Source: an uncultured Clostridia bacterium
GTDB taxonomy: Bacteria; Bacillota; Clostridia; Christensenellales; CAG-917
Reading direction: 5' to 3'
Assembly: GCA_934254835.1 (NCBI GenBank)
Contig: CAKQMI010000003.1
Coordinates: 14,240 to 78,239, forward strand
Length of the DNA stretch: 64,000 bases
In this document: in pieces, positions 28,998 to 38,560 of the stretch
Layout of the letters: every line of letters begins with the position of its first letter
How positions within the stretch are numbered: the stretch's first letter is position 1
Program-made: the position numbers and the translations under genes
Notes under the pieces: generated by a model
Database searches by the model: none
What the model was told of the DNA's origin: nothing
The model's input: the letters and a program-made list of their open reading frames with translations, nothing else

Positions 28998-29023
28998 GCA
29001 AAAAAGCCCGCAACCGCGGGCTT
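28998..29023 (-). terminator. rho-independent terminator after the P-type ATPase gene
   Basis: Minus strand reads AGCCCGC-ggtt-GCGGGCT followed by TTTTTGCGG. Confidence 0.7.
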
Positions 29024-29042
29024 CCTGATTTGAATTTTCTGC

Positions 29043-31559
29043 TTATGCGGATTTTTTGGCTTTTCTTTCTGCCCTTACCGCTTTGCGCTCTGCCTTTTTC
29101 GCTTCGCGTTTTTTGTCGAATTCCGCACGTTTAAGGTCGATTTTATCCTCGATTTCGCCGACGGTCGCCTGGAATCGAACGTTATACTTTTTGTCAAGCG
29201 CCCACATACACGCAAACACTACGACAAGTATCGACCACACGACGGCAAGGACTTTCCACATTGCGGGCGTTATACCGCGGTACAAGCCGAAGAACGCCTG
29301 TATATCTATGAACGACAACTGTACGAAATAGCACAGCACCAACAGTCCGATTACGCCCAAGAACAGCACAACGTGCAACAAGTTGAACGGCCAGCACGAC
29401 TTGAATACGAACAAGTATCCCGCAAACACCGTCGCAAGGAAATAAAGCGCGTGTTGCTCGTCGTTGGTAAGTCCCGTCAGTATCGTCTGCGTCGCCACGA
29501 CAATGGATATAATACCCACCATAACCGTTACCACGCCCGGCACGGTATTCATAATTACCTTTGGCAAAAACCTGCCTTCCACGCGATTTTTGTTGGGTTC
29601 CAACGCGAGTATCGACGACGGAATACCTATGGTCACACCGCCAAGTAGCGTCAAATGTTTCGGCTCGAACGGAAGTATCGACGGCACGATAAGGAACAAC
29701 AACGCGATAATCAGGTTGTAGCCCGTCTTGACAAGGAACAGCGACGCCGACCTTTCGAGGTTGTTTATGGAGCGTCTGCCCTCGGCAACGACTTGTGGCA
29801 TCGATGCAAAGTTGCTGTCGAGAAGCACCAAACTGCTGACGTTTTTCGCCGCGTCCGAACCCGACGCCATCGCAACCGAACAATCGGCTTCTTTGAGCGC
29901 AAGCACGTCGTTGACGCCGTCGCCCGTCATCGCAACGGTGTGTCCGTTTTTCTTCAATGCCTTGACAAGCAACAGTTTTTGGTCGGGCAAAACACGCCCG
30001 AATATAGTATATTTTTCCGCCGCCTCGATGACTTCCTCATCGGTTTTCAGCGTTGACATATCGATGATATTGTCGCAGTCTGTCAGTCCCGCGCGTTTTG
30101 CGACGGCGCGCACGGTCACGGGGTTATCGCCCGAAATAATCTTGACGGTGACGCCCTGTTCTCTGAAAAACCTGAGCGTATCGGGGGCTTCTTTCCTGAT
30201 TTTGTCGGCGATGAAAATAAACCCCATTGTCTTTAACCCCGCGGGCAAGATGTGTCCTTCCATGGCGTTTTCGGACGACGCAAGCACAAGCACCCTGAGC
30301 CCTTCTTCGGCTTTTTCGCGGGTGAGCGCGGAGATTTCATCTGCGGTGTCGGGGAACACGAATTCGGGCGCGCCCAAGACGTAACTTATGCCGTTAATGA
30401 CCGCCCCGCTCCATTTTCTGTCCGACGAGAACGGGACAACGTAGGACGCTTCGCCCGTTACCTCGTACGACGCAACGTAGTTTTTAACCGCAGACGCCGT
30501 TGCGTTTTCGTCGTTGACCGCGCTTGTCAGGTTTTTGAGATGACGGCAAAATTCCGCCTCGGACATATCGACGGGGTTCACGCCGTGAATTTCCATACTA
30601 CCTTCTGTAATGGTGCCCGTTTTGTCCAAACACAAGACGTCCACCCTTGCAAGCGTTTCGATGCAGTACATATCCTGCGCGAGGGTGTGACGGCTGGCAA
30701 GCCTTATTACGCTCAAACAAAACACCACCGACGTCAACGCAACAAGCCCGTTCGGAATCATTCCTACAAGCGTGCCGATAGTTGTGAGAACGGTGCTGTT
30801 TGCGTCGTTGCCCTGTATAAAAAACTTGACGCAAAACAGCGCGATACCCAGCGGTACAATGACCGCCGACATGGTTTTTATGATTTTATTGAGTGAATTT
30901 TTGATGACGGAAACGGGTTTTTTGAAATACTTTGCGCCGGCGGAAATCTTCATTGCGAAGTTGTCCATGCCGATATGCACGACTTTTGCCTTGGCGCGTC
31001 CCGACACGACGTAACTGCCCGACATAAGTTCGTCCCCGACATTTTTAAGGATTGCGTCGGGTTCGCCGGTGATAAGACTTTCGTTGACTTCAATCGAGCC
31101 TTCGACAACCACCGAGTCGGCACAAATTTGGTGTCCCGCCTGCAAAATGGTCAAATCGTCCAAAACGACGTCTTTTACGGCAACTTCCTTTTCTTCGTCG
31201 TCGCGAATGACGCGGACTTTCGGCGCGGAAATCAATGACAACTTATCCATCGTGTACTTTGCGCGGAGTTCCTGCACGATACCGATGAGCGCGTTGCCGA
31301 TGCACAAAAATACGAAACCGTAATTTCCGATTCCATCTTGGTCAAATCCCGAAAAACCGGCGACGATAATCGCCATCACTAAAAAAACAAAGTTGAAAAA
31401 CGTGAAAATATTATCGACGAGAATTCTGAAAACGCTTTTCGTCTTAATTGTTTGCACGCCGTTGACAAGTTTATTCTTGACGCGTTCCTCGACCTCTGTT
31501 ACAGTGAGCCCGATATTAAGATAATTGTCAGATGTAAATTCCTCTTTCATACATTCCAC
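29043..31559 (-). CDS. cation-translocating P-type ATPase
   Basis: 838 aa. DKTGTITEG phosphorylation site, ITGEPD actuator motif, hinge MTGDGVNDVLALKEADCSVAM, about 10 TM helices, and a Lys/Arg-rich tail. The track start is GTG and ATG 31550 is an alternative. Confidence 0.9.
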   Translation of the reverse strand: MECMKEEFTSDNYLNIGLTVTEVEERVKNKLVNGVQTIKTKSVFRILVDNIFTFFNFVFLVMAIIVAGFSGFDQDGIGNYGFVFLCIGNALIGIVQELRAKYTMDKLSLISAPKVRVIRDDEEKEVAVKDVVLDDLTILQAGHQICADSVVVEGSIEVNESLITGEPDAILKNVGDELMSGSYVVSGRAKAKVVHIGMDNFAMKISAGAKYFKKPVSVIKNSLNKIIKTMSAVIVPLGIALFCVKFFIQGNDANSTVLTTIGTLVGMIPNGLVALTSVVFCLSVIRLASRHTLAQDMYCIETLARVDVLCLDKTGTITEGSMEIHGVNPVDMSEAEFCRHLKNLTSAVNDENATASAVKNYVASYEVTGEASYVVPFSSDRKWSGAVINGISYVLGAPEFVFPDTADEISALTREKAEEGLRVLVLASSENAMEGHILPAGLKTMGFIFIADKIRKEAPDTLRFFREQGVTVKIISGDNPVTVRAVAKRAGLTDCDNIIDMSTLKTDEEVIEAAEKYTIFGRVLPDQKLLLVKALKKNGHTVAMTGDGVNDVLALKEADCSVAMASGSDAAKNVSSLVLLDSNFASMPQVVAEGRRSINNLERSASLFLVKTGYNLIIALLFLIVPSILPFEPKHLTLLGGVTIGIPSSILALEPNKNRVEGRFLPKVIMNTVPGVVTVMVGIISIVVATQTILTGLTNDEQHALYFLATVFAGYLFVFKSCWPFNLLHVVLFLGVIGLLVLCYFVQLSFIDIQAFFGLYRGITPAMWKVLAVVWSILVVVFACMWALDKKYNVRFQATVGEIEDKIDLKRAEFDKKREAKKAERKAVRAERKAKKSA

Positions 31560-31680
31560 GTAATAAGTAAAGTAATATTATTATTACATTAAATATACGC
31601 AATTGTCAAGAAATGACAAAAATATGAACGATTATTCAATATGTTTTTACAATCGTAATGTTTTTAAATGGCTTTTTACA

Positions 31681-31711
31681 AAAAATAAGAGCGTCGGTTG
31701 CCCGACGCCCT
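31681..31711 (-). terminator. rho-independent terminator after the M28 peptidase gene
   Basis: Minus strand reads GGGCGTCGG-gcaa-CCGACGCTC followed by TTATTTTTT. Confidence 0.65.
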
Positions 31712-31726
31712 TGCGTTTTTATTCGA

Positions 31727-32977
31727 TTATTTGTTCGAGATTTTCTTATCAAAGTTTTCAAGAGCGCGTACAGAAATTGCAAAGCAATCTGCAAGACAAT
31801 CTTTGTTGAGGTTGTCGTAGCTGTCTTTAACCGTGTGATAATAGTCTTCCAAAACGTGGTTCAAAGCGGTGATACCGGTTGCCTTGAAGCCTGCCTGTGC
31901 AAACGCTGCGCTGTCGGTTGCTCCGCCGAACGGAGGAACAAGCGTCTTGTTGCAAGGAATGCCCAGTTCTTTTGCGGCTTCCATAAAGCTGTCGGAAACG
32001 TCCTTGTCGGCTTTGACCATAGCGTTGAGGTCGCGATAGTTGACGCCCAAGAATTTGGGATCGTGAATGGTGTCGAAGGAATAAATCCAAGTGGGAACGT
32101 CGTCAAACTCGCCTTTGTGCTGTTCGCACCATGCTTTCGCACCGCGGAGACCTGCTTCTTCGGAACCCGAAAGGATAACGCCGACTTCGGTGTGCTCGAG
32201 TTCGATACCTTCGTCTTTCATAGCCTTCAAGACAGCGATACCCATAAGGCAAGCGGTGAGGTTGTCGTTGGCGCCGTCAACCGTCGTCTTGGGATCCCAC
32301 ATGCGGTACATACCGAAATAGAAGGGAACGAACGCAAGGTTTGCAACGCCCAGCCAGAACAATACGCCGGCTTCGGGTTTCAAAATCATAGGTCTGCATT
32401 TGGTGAGAATCGCCGATGCAAGACTGCAACCCATAAGGAACAATGCGCCGAGAACAACAACAACGATGTTGCCTTCGTAAACTTTTCCGCCGAACCTGTT
32501 GTTGACGGGCCAGTTCCACGCTGCGTCGGGGTGACCGTTGAAGAACACACGACCTTTTACTTCGCCCGTGCATTTCTTAATCGCGGTAACGTTGGTGCCT
32601 GTCTTTTCGGGGAACAGGAAGTCGAAAGTCTTTTTGTAAAGACCAAATTGCGTAATCATAGCATAAAAACCGAAAACGATAAGCGCAAAGCCCAAAATCG
32701 GCAGGAAGAAATACGCGACAAGTCCTGCAAGCACGCAAGTGATCGTGATGTAAATCCAGCCGTAGAAACTACCGGGGTTTTCTTTGAAAGACTCAACGTC
32801 GGAGCGCTCGCATCCGCAGTCGTTTTTGAGAACGTCCGCCATATACTCGCACGCGATTCTTTCGCCTTCTTCACCGGGAGTACGCTTGGGCATATCCTTA
32901 CAAATATGGGTAATTTCGTCAACCATATATTGTGCGGACTTTGCCTTGTTTTCAATCAATTTTGAAAAGTCTGCCAT
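31727..32977 (-). CDS. M28 family metallopeptidase with inserted TM segments
   Basis: 416 aa. GANDNLTA, GSEEAGLRGA and a C-terminal HTVKDSYDN-type motif. Hydrophobic helices lie between the N-terminal and catalytic parts. Confidence 0.78.
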   Translation of the reverse strand: MADFSKLIENKAKSAQYMVDEITHICKDMPKRTPGEEGERIACEYMADVLKNDCGCERSDVESFKENPGSFYGWIYITITCVLAGLVAYFFLPILGFALIVFGFYAMITQFGLYKKTFDFLFPEKTGTNVTAIKKCTGEVKGRVFFNGHPDAAWNWPVNNRFGGKVYEGNIVVVVLGALFLMGCSLASAILTKCRPMILKPEAGVLFWLGVANLAFVPFYFGMYRMWDPKTTVDGANDNLTACLMGIAVLKAMKDEGIELEHTEVGVILSGSEEAGLRGAKAWCEQHKGEFDDVPTWIYSFDTIHDPKFLGVNYRDLNAMVKADKDVSDSFMEAAKELGIPCNKTLVPPFGGATDSAAFAQAGFKATGITALNHVLEDYYHTVKDSYDNLNKDCLADCFAISVRALENFDKKISNK

Positions 32978-33127
32978 AATTTTCTCCTCTTTGTTTTTTA
33001 TTTTATTGATATGTTTATAATATCATAAAAACGACGCTATTTTCAAATAAACGACGTCTTTATTTTTTTTCCTATACAAACGACCAAAAATATACAAGAA
33101 AACGGTGATGAAACCCGCCGTTTTTTC

Positions 33128-33916
33128 TCAAACGTCAACGATAAGTCCCTCTTTTATGAACTCGCGCGCGTCGGAGGGAGATTTGCCCTTGTATTTTTGG
33201 AAATTGCGATTGAAGCTTCTGATGCTGTCGTAGCCTGCCTTTTCGGCAATTTCTGCAATCGAAAGCGTGGTCGTGTGCAACAAGTCGTCGGCGAAATTTA
33301 TGCGATAAGAATTGACGACGTCCGAAAAGTTTGCGCCGAAATATTCGTTGAAAATCGCCGACAGATAATTGTAAGAATATCCCATCTTGTCCGCCAAATC
33401 TTTGAGGCTGATTTCTTTGGTGAAATTGTCCAAAATATATCTGACGATTGCGGTGAGCCCTTCGTCCTTCTTTTTGTCAAGCGGGATAAACGCAGTGCGC
33501 GCCTCGAACTCGGCAAGAATATGATACAAAAACGCTTTCAGCGCGAACGTGTTGGTGACGGTGAAAAGTTTTCTGGTCAATGCCTCGGCAACCGACATGG
33601 TGAAAACAGGATACGTCGCGACGTAGCCCAGATGTTTTTCGTAAAAATCAAGCACCCAGTCCTTGGAAAATCTGCAAATGAAAACGTTGCTGTAATCAGG
33701 CGACTCATAAGCGTGGACGCACTCGGGCGGAATGACCATACATTTCCCCGCGCGAAGACGATAAATCCTGTCCAGCACCGTGACGTTGGCAACGCCGTCG
33801 TTGCAATACAAAAACTCATAAGTGTCGTTGAGGTGCATCGGCAGACTGATATTCTTTTCGACGTCGAATGCAATGAATTTGTCGCCGGAAGTTGTGTGTT
33901 TTACGAAATCCAACAT
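33128..33916 (-). CDS. AraC family transcriptional regulator (cupin sensor + HTH)
   Basis: 262 aa. C-terminal LSIAEIAEKAGYDSIRSFNRNFQKYKGKSPSDAR. Confidence 0.9.
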   Translation of the reverse strand: MLDFVKHTTSGDKFIAFDVEKNISLPMHLNDTYEFLYCNDGVANVTVLDRIYRLRAGKCMVIPPECVHAYESPDYSNVFICRFSKDWVLDFYEKHLGYVATYPVFTMSVAEALTRKLFTVTNTFALKAFLYHILAEFEARTAFIPLDKKKDEGLTAIVRYILDNFTKEISLKDLADKMGYSYNYLSAIFNEYFGANFSDVVNSYRINFADDLLHTTTLSIAEIAEKAGYDSIRSFNRNFQKYKGKSPSDAREFIKEGLIVDV

Positions 33917-33964
33917 ATCCCACCTTTCCTAAATCAACTTTATTCTACCACCAAATCTCGGATA

Positions 33965-33997
33965 AATCAAGCCCTCCTAAACACAAGGAGGGCTTGA
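33965..33997 (-). terminator. hairpin after the P-II-like gene (weak U-tract)
   Basis: CAAGCCCTCC-ttgtgttta-GGAGGGCTTG followed by ATTTAT on the minus strand. Confidence 0.4.
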
Positions 33998-33999
33998 AA

Positions 34000-34704
34000 T
34001 CATTTTGTTTCTTCGGTTTTTTCAACATTTTCGTCGGCAACGTCGTTTTCTTCATCGCGACGGAACCCTTCGACTTCGGACACGGGAAGCGAAAATACGA
34101 TTGCGTTCGCTTCGGTGCCTGCGCCCGCCGTCTCGACGATTGAACGCATAATATCCGTTTTCTTTTCTTTTTTGGCGACGATTATGATAATTTCCTTTTC
34201 GTGCGCGATTGACACGTTAAAGAATTTTTCGGTGTCCGTACCGCCGGTGCCTTTTGCGTGGATTACGGTTCCGCCACCCGCGCCCGCCGCCCGCGCCGCG
34301 TCCATAACGACGTCGGTGTGACCTTCGTTTGCGACAGCCACGATAAGTTCGTATTCAAAATTTATATCAGGTGCTTTCATTTCAATGTTACCTCCGTTCA
34401 AAAATCTGAGAGTACTGCCTCCGCCGACGCTTTTTACCGGGACGGATATCACGACACCGTTGCCGGGAGCGTCGATATAAAGACGTCTCTTTTCTTTGTC
34501 GATAAGCGCTTTGGTCTTTTTCTCGTCCGCCACCGCAAACACGATACGCTTTTCGGTGGATTCGATACCCCAGAGGTCGCGCACCTTCTGCGACGCCGTG
34601 CCGTGCCCGATAAGGGACAAAATCACGGGGATCTCCAGCCTTTGACAAATATTGTTTAATATTGACAATCCGTTGGGATTGATTACTGAAATCACGAAAT
34701 ACAT
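34000..34704 (-). CDS. tandem P-II (GlnB-like) domain protein
   Basis: Start at ATG 34704 (MYFVISVINPNG), 1 nt after the upstream stop (TGAtATG). There are two P-II-like halves, and the second contains ELIVAVANEGHTDVVMDAARAAGAGGGTVIHAKG. Confidence 0.72.
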   Translation of the reverse strand: MYFVISVINPNGLSILNNICQRLEIPVILSLIGHGTASQKVRDLWGIESTEKRIVFAVADEKKTKALIDKEKRRLYIDAPGNGVVISVPVKSVGGGSTLRFLNGGNIEMKAPDINFEYELIVAVANEGHTDVVMDAARAAGAGGGTVIHAKGTGGTDTEKFFNVSIAHEKEIIIIVAKKEKKTDIMRSIVETAGAGTEANAIVFSLPVSEVEGFRRDEENDVADENVEKTEETK

Positions 34705-34705
34705 A

Positions 34706-36292
34706 TCAGTTCCCCCACAGTTCGATAATATCGTTGTCGCCGTAGACGACCTCGGGTTTGCTTTCCGCGCGTTGTTTCTTCTTCTTATAGACAAGACCGG
34801 TTATCTGAATGGAGATAAGAGGCATCATCGCAACGATGGCGACCGCGCCGAATGCGTCGCTTAATACGTTGCCCCCGCGCGCCTCGCATACGCCGATGAA
34901 GAATTGAAGCATAAACGTCGCCGTCATAGGTCCCGACGCAACACCGCCCGAGTCGAACGCGATTGCCGTGAATATGTCGGGCACGAAAAACATAAGTATC
35001 AGCGCGATGAGATAACCGGGCACGATAATCCAAAGTATCGATATGCCCGTAAGCACGCGAACCATCGACAACCCCATCGCAAGCGCGATTGCAACCGACA
35101 AGCTGATTTTGATGGCTCGTCCCGGGATTGCGCCCGAACTGACGTCCTCGATTTGTTTCTCGAGAACGAACACCGCAGGCTCCGCCGAGATGATAAACCA
35201 ACCCATAAGCATTGCCACGGGTATGAGAATATATTGCGTCCAACCGCTGTACAATTGTTGTCCGAGGAATAAGCCGAGCGGTGAGAAACCGATGTTTACA
35301 CCCGTCAAAAACAGCACTAAACCCACGTATGTGTAAAGAATACCGATGAGCGTCTTCAAAAAACTTTTCTTGCTCATCTTGAACGCGGCGACTTGGAAAA
35401 TCAAAAACAGAATAAGTATCGGCGACAACGCAATCGCCATTTCCGCCATGTACGTCGGGAATGCTTTTAAGTATTCCAACCCCATTTCGGTGGTCGTTTC
35501 GGGAATGAACGGCTTGGTAATTTCGGCAACGCCCTGCCCCTTATAAAAGAAGCCCAAAATCAATACGGCAAGTATCGGACCTATCGAGCACAACGCAACC
35601 AAGCCGAAACTGTCCGCCTCTGCCTTTTTATCGCTTCGGATATTCGCGACACCTATGCCCAGCGCAAGAATGAACGGCACCGTCATCGGCCCCGTCGTCA
35701 CCCCGCCCGAGTCGAAGGCAATGGACAAAAAGTTTTTGTCCGCAAACCCCGCCAGCACGAATATCGCAATGTAAAACACGAGGATAAGCCATTTGAGCCG
35801 TATGCCCAACAGCGTCCTCAGCATGCACACCGCCAGGAATAATCCGACGCCGACGCCGACAGTCACAAGCAATACTTTGCTGTTGATGTGAGGCACCGTC
35901 TCGGCAAGAACCTGCAAATCAGGCTCCGCAATAGTAATAGCAACGCCCAGTATGAAGCTGACGAATAAGATAAGTGGCAGGTTTTTGGACTTTGTAAGAG
36001 TCGTGCCGATTCTGCTTCCGATGGGCGTCATCGACGTGTCCGCACCCAGCGTGAACAATCCCATACCCACGATAATCAACATCGCGCCGATAAGGAAGGA
36101 CAGCAAAAGCCCCGTAGGAACGGGCTGTATCGACAAGCACATTATCGCAACGATGATGATAATCGGCAACGTCGAAACAAAAGACTCCCTTATTTTTTCG
36201 GTGATGAGAGCGCGCCTTTTTTGGATGTCGCGCACGTCAATGTTTTTCAGTTTTTTGTTGTCTTTCTTTCTCATTGTAAATATATTATACAT
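34706..36292 (-). CDS. DUF1538 family polytopic membrane protein (internal duplication)
   Basis: 528 aa. Duplicated motifs AFDSGGVTTGPMTVPF and AFDSGGVASGPMTATF. The start could be the second ATG (MRKKDNK, 36274). Confidence 0.8.
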   Translation of the reverse strand: MYNIFTMRKKDNKKLKNIDVRDIQKRRALITEKIRESFVSTLPIIIIVAIMCLSIQPVPTGLLLSFLIGAMLIIVGMGLFTLGADTSMTPIGSRIGTTLTKSKNLPLILFVSFILGVAITIAEPDLQVLAETVPHINSKVLLVTVGVGVGLFLAVCMLRTLLGIRLKWLILVFYIAIFVLAGFADKNFLSIAFDSGGVTTGPMTVPFILALGIGVANIRSDKKAEADSFGLVALCSIGPILAVLILGFFYKGQGVAEITKPFIPETTTEMGLEYLKAFPTYMAEMAIALSPILILFLIFQVAAFKMSKKSFLKTLIGILYTYVGLVLFLTGVNIGFSPLGLFLGQQLYSGWTQYILIPVAMLMGWFIISAEPAVFVLEKQIEDVSSGAIPGRAIKISLSVAIALAMGLSMVRVLTGISILWIIVPGYLIALILMFFVPDIFTAIAFDSGGVASGPMTATFMLQFFIGVCEARGGNVLSDAFGAVAIVAMMPLISIQITGLVYKKKKQRAESKPEVVYGDNDIIELWGN

Positions 36293-36438
36293 AAATATAC
36301 AATATGTTGCAAGCGATAATTACGGCGATACCGCACAAAATTGTACGAATGTAAAAATAATATGAATTGCCTTTTTACATTCCAAATTGTAAAAATAACC
36401 CGATTGATTATTCTTTATGACAGCCGTAAATAATGCAA

Positions 36439-36576
36439 GATTAGGTCACGCGACACTATTTTCGATGATTTTTGAAAAAGGCGAGCGCAGTTGTACTTTT
36501 TGTACCACAAGCGAGCATTTTTTGAAAAGCGCGGAAAGAGTGGCGTTTGGACAAGATTGCATTGTTTTCGGTTGGC
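36439..36576 (-). mobile_element. diverged, 5'-truncated copy (D) of the TIR element, inverted orientation
   Basis: ...TTCGATGATTTTTGAAAAAGGCGAGCGCAGTTGTACTTTTTGTACCACAAGCGAG...TTTTCGGTTGGC followed by AT. It aligns with the reverse complement of the left half of copies A and B. Confidence 0.55.
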
Positions 36577-36583
36577 ATATAAC

Positions 36584-36616
36584 AAAAAAATGCGGTCGCT
36601 TTTCAGCAACCGCATT
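36584..36616 (-). terminator. rho-independent terminator after the lipase-like gene
   Basis: Minus strand reads ATGCGGT-tgctgaaaagcg-ACCGCAT followed by TTTTTTTG. Confidence 0.6.
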
Positions 36617-36663
36617 TTATTTGTTATTTATTAAGGCTTAAAGAATGGATTTTCAATATCTTC

Positions 36664-38370
36664 TTAGACAATCTCATCGATCATCTCATAGAAGTCCCAT
36701 TTCAAAACGTCCCAGTATCCGCCGACAGTGCCGTGGTCTGCGATGTACAAGCAGACGGAACTGACTTGATTGAACGCTTTGGAAATCTTGCGGTTTTCCA
36801 AAACGAATTTGCCATCAATGAGAACGTGTCTTCTGGCTTTGACGTTTTCCAGGGTTTTGCCGTCCTTATAGTTAAGTCCGCCAACACACGCATTGGTGGG
36901 CATTGTGCCGTCGCCGTCGCCGTAAAGAATGGCATTGTGGTCGTAGGAATAATACTCGATACTGGTCAGCGGATTATCGTACGCGTGGTTTTTGGTATCC
37001 CACATTTCGTACGTAACCTTATTGACCTTGACGGTGTCAGTATCCTGCGTCACGATTTGCAAACTCTTTTTGGTGTTGTAACCGGTGCCCAAGCAATAAG
37101 TCGTTTTGACAAGTTCGGGCGCGAAAACGTTCGCCTCGTCGGCATTGTTTTCCTTGACATAGAAAGAGTTCCAATACTCGGGAAGGTCTCTCATGCCGGG
37201 CTTGAGTTTATCATAGATGCCGTCGACGTCCGGTCTCCAATCGCTGGTGTGCGCCCACGGACGCGAGCAATACCATGCATACATATCCGTCACGGGCTTG
37301 CCGTCAACGTACACGGGGCTTTCGCCCTCTTTGTAATATTCGGAATCCGCAAAGGTTTGGAACGGCAACAACTGCATAACCGATGTCATATTTTGCGCAA
37401 GAGGACCTGCGATTTTCTTGACGCCTTCCTTGATTGCGTCGATGCCGAGCACGAGATTGCCGAGTTTGTCGCCGATTGCGCCGGTGACTGCGTCCGCAAC
37501 ACCGCCCGCGGGATCGTCAAGATAATAGATTGCGTCCAAAGAACCTGCGGTTGCGGGAGAGAACGCACGATAAGCTTTCACGATTTGGTTGGGACGCTTG
37601 ACGGCTTCTTGACCGGGATTAATCTTTTCGGCTTCCAACCATCTGTTTTGAAGCAGTGCTATGTATCCCGCAACGACGGGACCGCCCATACTGTGCGAGG
37701 TAAGAACGACTTCGTCCCAGCCGTTGGTTTTGATGAACTGATCCAAAAGTTCGGAGTTTCTTCTGTTGTCCCAACGCCAGTCGTAGTTGAAAACGACGAC
37801 GTCCCAGCCGAGTTTCTCATATCTTGCTTTGAGGTCGAGGCACTGCTGACGATACGTTGCGATTGCGCCGTACTGAATTTTTTCTCCGCCGGTGTACGCG
37901 CCGTATCCGTCGATGATCTTGCCTTCCTCATTCCAGAAAGTGGCTTTGTAGTTGCCGTCCTCTGTGGTGGGCAGTACGTTTGCGGGACGCAGGTTGGGGT
38001 TGTTGCTTTCGCCCTGCTCGTTCAGCGTGATTTGCCACAAAAAGTTTTTGGTGCCCTCTTTATACTTCAATACTCCGCCGATTAGGTCGAACGTCGTGCT
38101 GTCGGTAAGCACCGACATAACAAGCCCCAACATATCCCCGCCCGGAAACACTTGTTGGAAATAGACGCCCTCTGCAACGGGGTCCCAAACCGACTCGTTC
38201 GTCTCTTTGTCGTAAAGACCGCCCGACAACAACGCCGTACAAATGACAACGGCTTTTTTGTTCTTCGCCGAATTCTGCGATGAATCGTCGCACGCCGTCA
38301 GAACGCCAAGGCTCAGAACCGCCATCACGACAACCAGCAGAATTACGATTAATTTCTTTCTCGCCTTCAT
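36664..38370 (-). CDS. lipoprotein, alpha/beta-hydrolase of the LCAT/lipase type
   Basis: Start at MKARKKLIVILLVVVMAVLSLGVLTAC (lipobox LTAC) behind a GAGGAGG RBS. Nucleophile elbow VVLTSHSMGGPV. Confidence 0.7.
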   Translation of the reverse strand: MKARKKLIVILLVVVMAVLSLGVLTACDDSSQNSAKNKKAVVICTALLSGGLYDKETNESVWDPVAEGVYFQQVFPGGDMLGLVMSVLTDSTTFDLIGGVLKYKEGTKNFLWQITLNEQGESNNPNLRPANVLPTTEDGNYKATFWNEEGKIIDGYGAYTGGEKIQYGAIATYRQQCLDLKARYEKLGWDVVVFNYDWRWDNRRNSELLDQFIKTNGWDEVVLTSHSMGGPVVAGYIALLQNRWLEAEKINPGQEAVKRPNQIVKAYRAFSPATAGSLDAIYYLDDPAGGVADAVTGAIGDKLGNLVLGIDAIKEGVKKIAGPLAQNMTSVMQLLPFQTFADSEYYKEGESPVYVDGKPVTDMYAWYCSRPWAHTSDWRPDVDGIYDKLKPGMRDLPEYWNSFYVKENNADEANVFAPELVKTTYCLGTGYNTKKSLQIVTQDTDTVKVNKVTYEMWDTKNHAYDNPLTSIEYYSYDHNAILYGDGDGTMPTNACVGGLNYKDGKTLENVKARRHVLIDGKFVLENRKISKAFNQVSSVCLYIADHGTVGGYWDVLKWDFYEMIDEIV

Positions 38371-38487
38371 AGTTTCCTCCTCAAAAGGGGACAATAACCC
38401 TTATACACTACTATAATAACATTACTTTTTGAAAATAACAAGAACTTTATCAACAATTGTTTTTCCCCCACCCCCAAAAAATCCAAA

Positions 38488-38523
38488 GAAAAACGGCAAT
38501 TCCGCCGTTTCGGAATTGCCGTT
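38488..38523 (-). terminator. rho-independent terminator after the 605-aa lipoprotein gene
   Basis: Minus strand reads ACGGCAATTCCG-aaacgg-CGGAATTGCCGT followed by TTTTTC. Confidence 0.7.
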
Positions 38524-38560
38524 TTGTATGTTTTAATTATTATTGAAGTTCCGTAAAAAA

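Noticed and set aside
31658-32965. Very long antisense ORFs opposite real genes. Other examples are 2865-4388, 21264-22616, 36733-38085, 42206-43567, 52283-53776, 54237-55412 and 62185-63588.
   Set aside because: Each lies opposite a gene with strong family motifs. They have the composition typical of the reverse frame of GC-balanced coding DNA and no recognisable domains.
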